Assembly: GCA_016748015.1 (NCBI GenBank) | Contig: JAAOMT010000299.1 | Location: forward strand, 124,001 to 188,000 | Reading direction: 5' to 3' | Source: Geosiphon pyriformis uo1 | Taxonomy: Eukaryota; Fungi; Glomeromycota | DNA length: 64,000 bases | Shown here: positions 37,079 to 49,572 of the stretch, piece after piece | Position numbering within the stretch: the stretch's first letter is position 1 | Layout of the letters: every line of letters starts with the position of its first letter | Notes under the pieces: model-generated | Databases searched by the model: none | Told to the model about the DNA's origin: nothing | Seen by the model: the letters and a program-made list of their open reading frames with translations, nothing else | Made by a program: the position numbers and the translations under genes

Positions 37079-38116
37079 TATTATCCAAATAGAAAAACCA
37101 ATCCAAAATTATAAAGAAACATGACCAAAAACATAACATAATACAGAATAGCACACAATAACATTGGATAATGTGTTATAACTTAGGATAACACAAGATA
37201 ACACATTATAATATGAGATAACACAGAATAACATGTAATAACACCAGATAATGTGTTATAACAAAGAATAACTAGGAATAACATAGAAGAATAAAGCAAT
37301 AACAAAAATAGCAAAGCAATAGTTAACAATAATAAAACAATCAAAAGCAATTCTGTAAAACCAAAAAAATATATAAAAGTGAGTAGTTGCAGAAATTAAA
37401 AAGAAACATCTAGATATGAACCACTAGACAAGAATCAAATATCCATACTCCTTTATTATTTATTATATTCCATATTTATTTTCTGAAATAAATCAATTAT
37501 TAAGATATCAGAATCATGAATTCATGTTCTCAAACTTTGTAAAATTTACATAAATTAACCATTGTTTTGTAATTTCGTTCCAGGACAAATGCTCTTAGCA
37601 TAACTGTCTCAAATTATTAATAATTTGGACCAATCATTCTTGATTATGGTGATTGATAATATTAATTTATCTTTTTCTTTATTTTTTTTCTTTTTTTTTC
37701 TTTTTTTTTTCTTTTTTTATTTTTTTCTTGTGGAGTAACAATATAGTAAAATCGACTGTCTGAGAATAGATTTTGTGATAACCTGATAAAAGAAAAAAGC
37801 TCCTCCTAAGTGTTTGGATATTAATGTTATCTTGATAGCTTACCAGAAGGGCAAAAAGACAATACCAAATCCTAACAACTGTGCTCTTTAGCTCAAAAAA
37901 AAAAGCTTATCTTTATAAGAAGTTCCAATCAGCAAGAACCAAAACTCTGTGCTTTATAACCAAAAAACTCAATGGGTAAATTCACAACCAGTAAAATAAG
38001 CTCTTCAGAAACTGATAATCAAGACTAAACCAACAGAATTACGCAAAAGATGTATTATCAATACTTGAGAGCACCAAACATTATTATTTTCCTAATCCAC
38101 TAAGTTACCCATAACA
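37079..38116 (+). repeat. 3' LTR of E (family 2)
   Basis: Follows PPT AAAAAAAGAGGAATAA; homologous to H and to 28748-29014. Confidence 0.9.
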
Positions 38117-38175
38117 ATAGTTTGTTGTAAATAAGACAAATTTAAGAACATTTTAATCCAAAAATATAACAAAAA

Positions 38176-39560
38176 ATAAACACACAAAAATTTCAACAAC
38201 TCCAATATTATATTAATACCCAACAGTTCTAGGAGAAATTATCTCAAAAGGAATAAAACAACATTAAACAACAATCCAAGTATTTTATCACTTACCAAAA
38301 TATATTATATTAGAAAAACAGAAAAGATCCAGATCAATTACTTAGAGTAATCACAGAATCAAAAAAAAAAACAATACTATACAATATACACTCAGATCCA
38401 ATAGCAGAATATTTTCATAAAAAAGCAACCATAAAAAAAATTAGAAAAAAATATTATTGGCTATTAATATATCCAGACATTATTCAATATGTTCAAAATT
38501 GTGATGTTTATTAAAAAAGAGGAGAAACAAGATCTAATAAGCCACTAAGACCAATTAAAGTGGAATAACCATTTCACAGAATTGGAATTAACTTAATTAG
38601 ACTATTAACAATAACCAGCAGAGACAATTAGTATATAGCAATAGCCATAGACTATCTCATGAAATGGCCAGAGGCAAAAGCAATTCAAAGAGCAGATACA
38701 GAATCTATAGCCAAATTCGTTTACCAAGATCTGATTTGTCAACATAAATGTTCAAAAAAATTACTATCAGATCAAGAAACCTATTTTGTAAACAGAACAT
38801 TAACAGAATTAAGCCAAAGATTTGGAATTAAGAGACTATTATCATTACCATATTATCCATAAACAAATGGTTTAGTTAAAAAGTTCAACAAAACATTGTG
38901 TAAAGCAATCACCAAAATTAGCCAAGAAAACCAAGACAAATAGGATTTGTTTATATCATTAGTACTATTTGCTTATTGAACAATGAAACAAGATATTATA
39001 CAAGCAATACTATTTAAACTTGTTTATGATAGAACAGCAATATTACCAAATGAAATAGACATTAATACATATTCAACAGAACCAATAACAGAAACCAATT
39101 TCCAAAGAATATTGCTAAGAAGAACATACAAATTAATGAAAACATTGGAAAACAAAAGACAAAAAGCAGTTGATAATATTCAGAAATTACAAAAAAAACA
39201 AAAAAACCAATATAATAACCAGTTATTGGATAAATCAGTAGAATTTAAGATTGAAGACAAAGTACTTTTGCATTATACCAAAGCAAAAAACAATAGAGTA
39301 GAAAATTTGACCCCAAATGAGATGGACCATTTTACATAGAAGAAATTCTAGGAAATGGAGCTTATAAATTAAGATAAAATAACAAAATCTTAGCTAAAAC
39401 AGCACATAAAAATTGACTAAAACCATATTACAAAACAGCATTATCATCTACCAGTAATATTCTATAGCTGAAAGTACAACAAATACTAATCCAACCAGAT
39501 GAGATTTCATAAGATCTAGGACCAATTATAATCATCAATACAAACACATTAAATTGATCA
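38176..39560 (+). pseudogene. int: F integrase
   Basis: DYLMKWPEAKAI, LLSDQET, NGLV motifs; colinear with B and J integrase. Confidence 0.82.
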
Positions 39561-40655
39561 ACCAAAAAAGTATATAAGAACACAGTATATATGACAAAAA
39601 AACCAAAAAAATAGAAATATCAGACCATATTTACATCTTAGCTTAACAATTATTTCAGGTCTTAAATCAACAATAATTAGACATAGAAATCACCATCAAC
39701 CACCAAACAATCTGCTATCAAAACACCAAGCAAAAAAAAAAGTACACCATACCAGAGACCATAAAACCAACCAAGAAACTGGTCAGATAAATAGTAGAAA
39801 AAATAAAGAACACTTTTAGAAAAATATCCATTATGGTTTTAACAGAAAAACTTTCAAAAAAAATTAAAAACAATAGATAAAACAACTTTCAATACCATAT
39901 TACTACTGTTATGGGTTGGAGTAATAAGCTAATAGATAGCAAGGGAGAACAGAATTGTAGGGTGATGGAAATAATCAAAGAGAATTCAACTTCAAGGAGC
40001 AAATTAAATAAGTATGAATTCAATGAGCAAGATCAGTCTCATAAAATATCTCAGTCACTATACTTTTTAAAGAATAACTAGGGAATCTGAAGGTAGAGGA
40101 ATAATCCGTACTGTCAACAAATAATCACACCTGGTATAATTCTATGCCTTATGTTGGCATTCTTAAAATTCAATATCAAGTATCAAATGTACTCTTCAGT
40201 CACATTTTATTCAATAATTTTCAAATGCTGCAATTACACATTTTAGAAAAGGGTAAGGAATAATCAACAAATAATCTTTTATTTTTAAAATGTTCAGATA
40301 CTTGAAAGTAGAAAAAGAGAAATTAGTGATAAGAGAAGAATTAAGATGAAATTGTTATTTTATTTCTTTATTTTTTTGATTTTTATATGCTTTTCTACAG
40401 TTAAAAGATTTATTGCTTATATAGCTATTAAAAATAGTTAATAATCAGGTCAACAATTAAGTCAATAATTAGGTCAATAATTAGGTCAATGATCAGGTTA
40501 TTGATCAGATTAATAATCAGGTCAATAATCAGGTCAACAGTCAGGTCATTAATCAGGTCAATGATCACTTTCTAAAAATAGAGTGGCTAATTTATGTGAC
40601 ATCAGTGGCTAATACATGTAATAATTAATAAGAAGTATAAGTTTCAACCATAACA

Positions 40656-41300
40656 TCATCCTCTTCAAAAAGATTGAGCTCTGGTAAAATTAAGCTATTT
40701 ATAATGTAATTTATTGGAAGAGTTTTATTTAACTTAAAGCTAACTAGTTTGTTGAAGTTTTTTGTGGATAAGGTATATAATACTTGAGACAAAATGAGTT
40801 TTATATTCAAGAGACCAAATCTTTGTATTAGAGTTTTGGCTCTTCTAGCAATAGTTAAAACTCTTGGGACATCTAATCATATAATGCCCAAAATTTCTGC
40901 CTGTATTTCTGAAATTGTTTTCTTTATGAATTTTATATTTTTTATGATTTCACCAAAGTGACCATAAAGTTTTAATTGCCTTCCATATAACAAGTTTTTG
41001 TCTATGGGTAAGATTTCTTGAAGTGTTTTTCCAATTGTGTTGAAAGATGGGAGTATAGCTGCTGTTATACTTTCCAACAGATACTTATCCATTTTACTAC
41101 CAATTTTTTCTCTTCTGGTAGTAGTTTTCTTTGGTCTAATAACAGTATGTGTTCTACTGTTATCAATTATGGTGATTTGTTTTCCAATGGTTAGAGTAGC
41201 ATTTGGATAGTTTTTGATCCAATACTCATAAAGAGTATAGAAGGTGTTTTGAATGTTTTGATCCAGAAAATAATTGTTCATGTCAATTGAAGATACCTCT
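40656..41300 (-). pseudogene. G ORF3 (divergent)
   Basis: ORF pieces 40877-41281 and 40625-40810 share a frame between integrase and PPT. Confidence 0.6.
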
Positions 41301-41339
41301 GTTTTGGAAATAGTGCATTTATTATACTTGATTTTTGCT

Positions 41340-42641
41340 AATCATTTGAGTCAGTATTATCACAACAGACAGCCAATTAGGTCGTTTATGATATTTTTTT
41401 AGTCATGTATCATAAACAGAACAATCATTGAAGATTGTTCCAGATTGATCTTGAAGAATATAAGAACTATTGTTCAAAACTTTGTTGATTATAAAGAGTC
41501 CTTTCCACTGGCTAAAAAATTTATTATCATAAACATTGTCTCTGTTAGAACAGTATTCTAGTACCAAATTACCAATACTTAAAGAAAGTGTTTTATAGGT
41601 TTTCTTTTTCTTAAGCTTTTCTTGAAACTGTTTTATCTTTTCAAAAGCAATTATTCATGCTTCTATCAAGAAATCAAGAATGGTATCAAGTCTTCTTTGC
41701 AAAATGTCTTTGTAATTTTCTATTGTGATCTCTTCAAAGAGTATTGTTTTAATGTTAGTTTCTATTGGTAGTGTTACCATGTATTCATAGAGCAGATAAA
41801 AAGGTTCATAACTTGTTATGTCATGATTTACAGTTTTATAAGCAAACAAAGCTGAAGACAGTACTTTGTCTCATAAGTTTATTTCTTTACTGGGTTTGGT
41901 TAGAGTTTTACATAATGTTCTATTGAAATGTTCTACTAAGCTATTTGTTTGGGGATGATAAGGGGAGGAAAGTTTATGACGTATTTCCATTTTTCTACAA
42001 AGTTCTTTAACCAGTGTACTGAGAAAAGCTCTTCTTTTATTAAATAAAAGTTCTTTGGGACAGTCATAATGGCAAATAATATCTTCATAAATAAAATTGG
42101 CTATTGAAACTGCTGTTTGGTCTGGGATGGCTCTTGCTTCTACTCACTTTATAAAATAGTCAGTAGTTGTGATAATATATTTGTTGTCATCAGAAGTAAT
42201 TGTTAAAGGCCTAACAATATCTATACTAATTCTGTCAAAGGATTGACCAACAGAGATTGGATGAATATCTTCTTTGCAATTGGGTTTGCTTCTTCTTTGG
42301 CAGATGTTACAAGTTTTAATGTATTCAACAATGTCTTTTCTCAAGATAAGCCAATAATAATGAGCTAAAGTTTTCTGAATTGTTTTTGTTTTTCCAAAGT
42401 ATCCAGCTAATAGGTCAGTATACATATTGTATATTACAATTTTTTTTTCTTTAAATCTGATGACTTTTTGGAAGCAGTCAGGATTTTTTCTGTTTCTTTT
42501 GTATAATTGGTTCTGGTGAATCAAATAGAAATTTGATTGTTTGTGCAAATGTTCTCTTTAATGTCGAGTGTATTCTGGTGGGTATTGTCTTTTACTTAAA
42601 AATTCTATTAAAGCAGAGTAGTTGTCCAAGTCCATTATCAT
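41340..42641 (-). pseudogene. int: G integrase (separate ORF, YP..Y..Y-type N-terminus)
   Basis: MDLDNYSALIEFLSKRQYPPEY...NQLYKRN, CNICQR, SIDIVRP, YHPQTNSLVE, WKGLF. Confidence 0.82.
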
Positions 42642-42699
42642 GTTTGTTTGTGAAAAGGTTACTAATAATTAAGTTGGTTTGGTTTGAGAGATTGTACTA

Positions 42700-45600
42700 T
42701 CACTAGATGATAAGTCTAGAAAGAGTGTTGGTGTTTTGATAATTTGCTCCTTTGTGGTGTTGAATGTCATAGTTAAATTCATCCAAGTGGAGTATTTAGT
42801 GAGTTAGTTGTTTGTGTTCTAACTTTTTTTTCTTGCACAGTCAAACCAAGACTTGATGATCTGTTAACATTAAGAATTTTGCACCAAGAAGATATTGATC
42901 TTAGTAGTTAGTAGCCCAAACTACTGCTAAGCATTCCTGTTCAGTAACTGAATAGTTTTTTTCTACTGGTATAAGAAATCTACTGGCATATGCTATGGCA
43001 TGTTCTCTGCCATTTTTATCTTTTTGTGAAAAGACAGCACCAAGTCCATAGCCAGATATATCAGTGTGGAGGATAAAAAGTTGGTCCAGATCAAGTTGTT
43101 TGAGAATTGGTTCAGTAACCAGTTTTTCCTTCAGAAATTCAAAAGCTTTTTGTTGATGAGTGTCTCAGTAATAATTGATATTTTTCTTGAGTAGCTGATT
43201 GAAAGAAAAGGTGATTTTGGAGAAATTCTTAATAAATTTGCAATAGTAAAAAGTTAAACCAAGGAAAAAACATAGTTCAGGAACATTCATTAATTGTCTA
43301 ATGTTCTGAACTTTTTCAACTTTAGCTGGGTCAGGAAAGATTCCATTTTTTGTAATAAGATGACCAAAGAACTGGGTGGATTGGCATCCAAAGAAAGATT
43401 TAATTGGGTTGATCTTAAGGCCAGCATTTCTGAGCAGGTCAAAAATTTTCTGTAAATATTCAAGGTGTTCATCCCAGGTTTTTGAATATACTATTATGTT
43501 ATCCAAGTAAACCAGAACAAAGTTTTCTTTTACTGATTCAAACACTTTATCCATTAGGTGTTGAAAGGTGGAAAAAGCATTGGTGAGACCAAAAGGCATA
43601 ACTGTAAATTCATAAATGCCATACTTGGTGATGAAAACAGTTTTTTTTCTGCTTTCTGGATCCATCTTTATTTGCCAGAATCTAACAGTTAAGTCAATGG
43701 TTGAGAAGAAAGCAGCACTATTGAATTTATCTAGCATTGCATCAATTTTGGGAAGTAGATACATGTCTCTTATAGTGATGGCATTTAATTGGCAGTAGTT
43801 AACACAAAAGCATAGGGTTCCACCTTTTTTGAATACTACTACAACTGAGAAAGCTTATTCACTTTTGGTTTCTTGTATGAATCCAAGATCTTTTATCTGG
43901 TTTATCTCTTTCTTGATAAACTTATTATTATATTAATTGGATTGATAAGACTTCAAATAGATGGGGCAAGTTTTTTTGGTAGTGATAGTGTGTTGTATCA
44001 CATGGGTTTGTCCAAAAGTGTTATCTTCTTTTGAAATAACTGGGCTATTTTTAGCCAACAGATTTTCAATGTCAATTTTTCTTTCTTTAGAAGAAGGTTT
44101 TCTTTGTTTTACAACTAATGATTGGATTTCAAATGGTTCATTTTCAAAGGACTTTTGTACTTCTTTAAGTTTTTCTCAAGATATCAAGCTAATTGGTTCC
44201 AAATCTTTGTAATAAAGCAGGCAGGATTTGCATTTATTACTTGGTAAATGCAAAGGTTTATTACACCAGCACTGTGCACAAGGACCATGCCACCAATAAC
44301 TGTATTTTGCTTTCTTGCCAGGTTTTCTGTTAAAGGTTCTTCTGAGAATATCATAGTAGGACCAGCAGATTAGCTTGCCATTTACAATGATTCCTTCTTT
44401 GTTAGCTTTAACATTATCTAGTGGCTTGTCATTACTGGTAAAGATAGTATAGGTGAGTTTAGCAGTTTTTTTTGGTTTTTTTTGATCTTCATTATTACTT
44501 TCATTATCATCTGATTTATCTGATTGTTTTTTTTCTTGGTTCTGTTTGGTTGCTAGAGAAGTTGTCCAATGACAGCATTTAACCACAATGGGTTTTTTAC
44601 CATATCTGATGGTTAGCTTGCACAGTTTATAGTCAAGTAGTGCTTTGGCTTTTTTAAGCCACTCATTACCAACAATAATGGTATACTTTTTTGCTTTAGA
44701 TACTTCCATATCTGTTTCAATGCTGATATTATTGATACGGACAAGAATAGCTTTGGCTATGCCCAGGCCTTTTTTTTTGTCACCATGTATATTGGTCATT
44801 GGTCTTGTAGAAGGCTCATCAATTTTTCTGCCAATTGCTTCAAGAAAGTGTTTGGCAATTACATTAACAGATGATCTACTGTTTAGAATCAGGTTAATAA
44901 AGTAACCAGCCACTTAAGCTTTACAAATCAAAGAGGTAACATTGCTGTTATTAGCAAGTCCAGCTTGGTGAGAGCATTTGTTGATCTTTGGTGTTTTTTT
45001 CTTTGGTATTCATGATTTATGAAGATTTTTTCTAAACTGTAGATAAGTTATTAGTTGGCCAAATGTTATGTGTGCTGGGATTTTCATGAGATCTTTAACA
45101 ACAGAATAAGGACCAAATTTTTGTACTATTTCTGGAGGTTCTAACTTTAGAGAATTCTTGAAAACTTTGGTCTTTTGTGGTTCATTGTTATTAGCAGATA
45201 ATTTGGATGCTTTGTTTGGATCCAAGACGAAATCAATCTTGGCTTTCTTCTTTTTTCTGGTTAATTCAGAAGTGTTGATTGCTAGTTTATTCATATTATG
45301 ATTATCATCAATTAGGTTAAAAGCATAAAAGAGGTTTTCTTCTGATTGGCTTGCACTCTTATCCTTTGGAAGTGTGCCTACTAGTTTAAAGACTGATAAA
45401 CAGTGGCTTCAACTAAGGGATCCTCTTCAAAAAAATTGATATTAGCATGATTGGGTCTTTGATTGGGGACATTGTTGTTAATAGTTCTGTTGTTTTGATT
45501 GTCATTGTTTCTAGGAGCTAGAGGAGGCAAAGAAGAATTGTTACAATCTTTGAAGAAATGTTCAGTTAATCCACAGTAGTAACACACAGGTGGGTTACGA

Positions 45601-46931
45601 TTTTGTTGTTTTTAATATGGGAGTTGCTAAGGCTAATTGAAGCAGAGTTCAAATCTGGGTCTTTGGGGTTGCTGATTGTTTCTGACTACTTGGGCTAATA
45701 GTTTTAATAACTAAACAAGATTAACTATAAGTCTATCTATTAACTGTTCATTTGGGTTTTGAGTTTGGGCAGCAAAAAAAGTAGCAGCCATTTGGGAAGC
45801 AGGAGCCATAACAGAAGCAAGAACAAAAACTGGAAGTGTGAATTCTAGATACATCCTTTGATTGTCTTCTATTCTCTAAGCAAGTTTAATGACCATATTC
45901 ATTGTGGGATTATTTTTTAAGACTAGGAGGGGCCAAAAAGCATATGATAGATCAGTTCTCAGTTCTTTTGTGAAGGAATGTATTTTCTGCTTTTCTGTCT
46001 AATTTCTTCTAGAGTCTACACATTTAATGAGTTTTCTTATTGCTTTGGTATATTTTGTCACAATTTTACCAAGGCCTTGAGTTCTTCTTTCTAATTTTAT
46101 ATGTCATTTTGAGATTAAGATGGGAGTTCTAAATTTCATTTCAAACTGGGTAATGAAAGAGGTGTTGTCTTCTCCAGCATTTGCTGGTGCCCATCTAATG
46201 ATTTTTTGTTAAGCATTGGCATTGGTTTCTTGTGAGAACCAAGTAGCAGAAGAGCCTTGAAGGTAGCCACCAATGATTTGGAACTTGTATTCATTATCAT
46301 ATTGGTTTGCTGTAACAGCTCTCTCAAAATCATCTAGCCATTTAATTGGATCTTAGACATCACCTCTGAATAATAGTAATAAGATGTTGTTTCTTTGCCC
46401 TAAAGCAGTCTGTATACCTTGGAGGTCGATCAGAATGTTTTGTTGCAAAGGGTCTTGAGCCATTGGTTCAGGTGTGACTGTTTGTGTAGAATGTTCTGAT
46501 TTACTTGAAAAGAGATCAAAAACAGAAGTGGTTTGATAGCTTTCTTCTTTTGTTTCAAGAGGAGTTTCAATTGATTGATGGACAGCAATCCAAATGTGGA
46601 TTTGATAATTCAGATATTCAAAATCAGAGGGCTGTTGTTTAAAAGTTGTTGAGTATAAAAGTTGATTAATGTTGTTGTTTCTTTCTTCACAGTTGTTTTC
46701 AAAATAAACTTGGTTAAAGTAATAGATTGTATAAGCTGTATAGGTTTCAGCTGAATGTTCATTCAAAAACCAGTTCTAAAAGTCTTGGAATTGTCTGCTG
46801 AATTGTTCTTCAATAGGGAAGCAAATCAAGCAAAAGGGCAAAGAATTGAGTTTAATAAAGTCTAGATCATTTTTGTTGTGTGCTTTAAAGTGTTCTTTTG
46901 ATTGTTGTGGCAGGTATGAATAATTACCCAT
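42700..46931 (-). pseudogene. gag-pol: G Gag-PR-RT-RNaseH
   Basis: CYYCGLTEHFFKDC knuckle, LILNSRSS protease, short Cys cluster, RT FTVMPFGL / YLDN, RNase H IAYASR. Confidence 0.85.
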
Positions 46932-47234
46932 ACAATAGAAAACAAAGTGGATTTTGACAACCTTACAGGAAGCACCACTTTTATGTTACAGGTTGGAGTA
47001 ACAAGCTAACAAATAACAAGGAAGAACAGAATTGTAGGGTGATGAAAATAATCAAAGAGAATTCAACTTTAAGGAGTGAATTGAATAAGTATGAATTTAA
47101 TGTGTGAGATTAGTCTCATAAAATATCTCAGTTGCTATACTTTTTAAAAGATAACCAGAGAATCTGAAGATAGAAAGATAGTCTGTACTATCAACAAATG
47201 ATCACACCTGGTATAATTTTATGCCTCATGTTGG

Positions 47235-48262
47235 TGTTACCTGAGTAGAAAAACCAATCCGAAGTTAGGAAGAAACATGACCAAAATGTGACATAACACA
47301 GAATAGCATGCAATAATGTTGGATAATGCATTATAACTTAGAATAGCACAGGATAATGCATTATAACGTAGGATAACACAGAATAACATGTAATAACACC
47401 AGATAATATATTATAACATAGGATAACTGGTAATAATATAGAAGAACAAAGCAATAACAGAAATAACAAAAGCAATAGTTAGCAATAACAAAACAATCAG
47501 AAGCAATCCTATAAAACCAAAAAAATGTATAAAAGCAAGTAGTTGTAGAAGATAGAAAAAAAAAAAACAGATAGATATGAATCATTAGACAAAAAACAAA
47601 TATTCATATCCCCTCCTTATTTATTATATTCCATATTTATCTTCTGAAATAAATCCATTATTAAGAAATCAGAATCATAAATTCATGTGCTCAAACTGTG
47701 TGGAATTTATGTGAATTAATCATTGTTTCATATCTTCATTTCAGGACAAATGCTCTTAGCATAATCATCTTGAACTATTAATGACTTAGACCAATCACTC
47801 TTAATTATAGTGATTGACAATACTAATTTATCTTTCCTTTTTTTTCTTTTCTTTTCTTTTCTTCCTTATTTTCTTTTGTGAAGTGGCAACATAGTAAAAT
47901 CGACTGTCTGAGAATAAACTTTGTGGTAGCCTGGTAAAAGAAGAAGGCTCTCTTTAAGTTTTGGATATTAACATTATCTTGTTAGCTTACCAGAAGGGTG
48001 AAAAGACAATGCCAGACTCTAATGACTGTGCTTGTTAGCTCAGAGAAGAAAGCTTACATTTACAGAAAATGTTGCAATTGATGAAAAACAAACTCTGTGT
48101 CTTATAACCAAAGAACTCAACAGGTAAATTCACATCCAGAAATAGACCTTCAGAGACTAATAATCGAGACTAAGCCAACAGAATTATGCGGAAGATGCAT
48201 CACTTATAATTAAGAGCACCAAACATTATTATTTCTATTACCCACTAAGTTTACCCGTAACA
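47235..48262 (+). mobile_element. H: solo LTR, family 2, inside the G 5' LTR
   Basis: TGTTAC...GTAACA with perfect TSD TTGG; the empty site is visible in G's other LTR (~40151-40162). Confidence 0.95.
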
Positions 48263-49521
48263 TTGGCACTCTTAAAATTCAATATCAGGTATCAAATGTA
48301 CTCTTCAGTCACGTTTTATTCAATAATCTTCAAATGCTGCAATTACATTTCAGAAAAGGATAAGAAATAACCAACAAGTAATCTTTTATCTTTAAAATGT
48401 TTAGATACTTGAAAGTAGGAAAAGGGAAATTAGCAATAAGAGAAGGATTAAGATAAAGTTGTTATTTTATTTCTTTATTTCTTTGATTCTTATATGCTTT
48501 TCTACAGCTAAGAGATTTATTACTTATATAGCTATCAAAAGTGGTCAATGATCAGGTCAATGACTAGGTTAATGATCAGGTCAATGATTACTTTTTAAAA
48601 ATAGAATGGCTAATTTATGTAACATCAGTAACTAATACATGTGATAATTAATAAGAAATATAAGTTTCAACTGTAACACTACTATTAGTTGGAACAAAAG
48701 TTAGATATTCAGAAGTTATATCTCAATAAAGCCAAAAAAATATTCAATTAAAAGATAATATAGAATATTAAAGACATTATTAAAAAAAAAACAAATCTGA
48801 TACTACATATTAAAACAATCTATTAATTACACATAATATTTTAAAACTACCTAGAAATATTGCTATACTTTAACATGGAGACAATAACTATTAACCAGTA
48901 GAGGAGAATAAACAATTCACAAATTGAAGATATAAAGAAACAAAATTAAATAAACAATATTAGAAAGAGAAGTTATGGACCTAATTCAAAATGAAGATTT
49001 TGACAAAGCTCAATATTAAAAGGAGGAGATAATATTACTCATAAAAAAAACATACAAGAAAATAAGTAGAAAAAACAGATAGACCAATAAGAGAATAATA
49101 GCTAATATGTAAACATATTACTTAGCAATATGGAGCATTATTAGAAATTATGGCATATTGCTCAGCAATGTAAAGCAATATTAAGAAATCATAACACATT
49201 GCTTAACAATGTAAGCATTGCTTGAGAAATTATAGTATATTGTTCAGGAATATGAGTGATCTTATAGAACCCAAATTATGTATATATAGCAAAAGTATTA
49301 GAAGCAAAAAAGACAGAATCAATACCAAAATCTCTTAGTTAAAACATCTTAATTAGAATTATCAATATTAATAAATAATTATTTATCATCTAAATTACTT
49401 TTATCATTATTAACACTTCATATTAATAGTCTTCAATACTTGATCACACTAGAACAATAGCTTTTAATTATGGCTATTGATGAGATACTAACTCTTTTTT
49501 GTCTTGGCTTATTTCTTTATT

Positions 49522-49572
<51 letters not shown>

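Larger units (their letters stand above)
28748..38116 (+). mobile_element. Element E: family-2 LTR retrotransposon. Its 5' LTR is split by A and the remainder lies outside the window. Inserted at the RNase H end of F.
   Basis: Partial 5' LTR 28748-29014, PBS 29015-29033, full internal region, PPT, 3' LTR 37079-38116; family-1 pol resumes at 38117. Confidence 0.88.
39907..48678 (-). mobile_element. Element G: full-length family-4 LTR retrotransposon without dUTPase, inserted in F ORF3
   Basis: LTRs 39907-40655 and 46984-48678 (the latter split by H), perfect TSD CTAC (39903-39906 and 48679-48682), PBS 46961-46977, PPT ~40656-40666. Confidence 0.92.

Noticed and set aside
40032-40094. tRNA-Met gene or tRNA-derived SINE
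   Set aside because: Only short separated matches and no cloverleaf; better explained as primer-pairing boxes
49524-49571. 48-nt poly(T) as a retroposed poly(A) tail
   Set aside because: It sits in the T-rich tract present in all family-1 LTRs and has no TSD or attached insert; slippage, C>T decay or homopolymer error is sufficient
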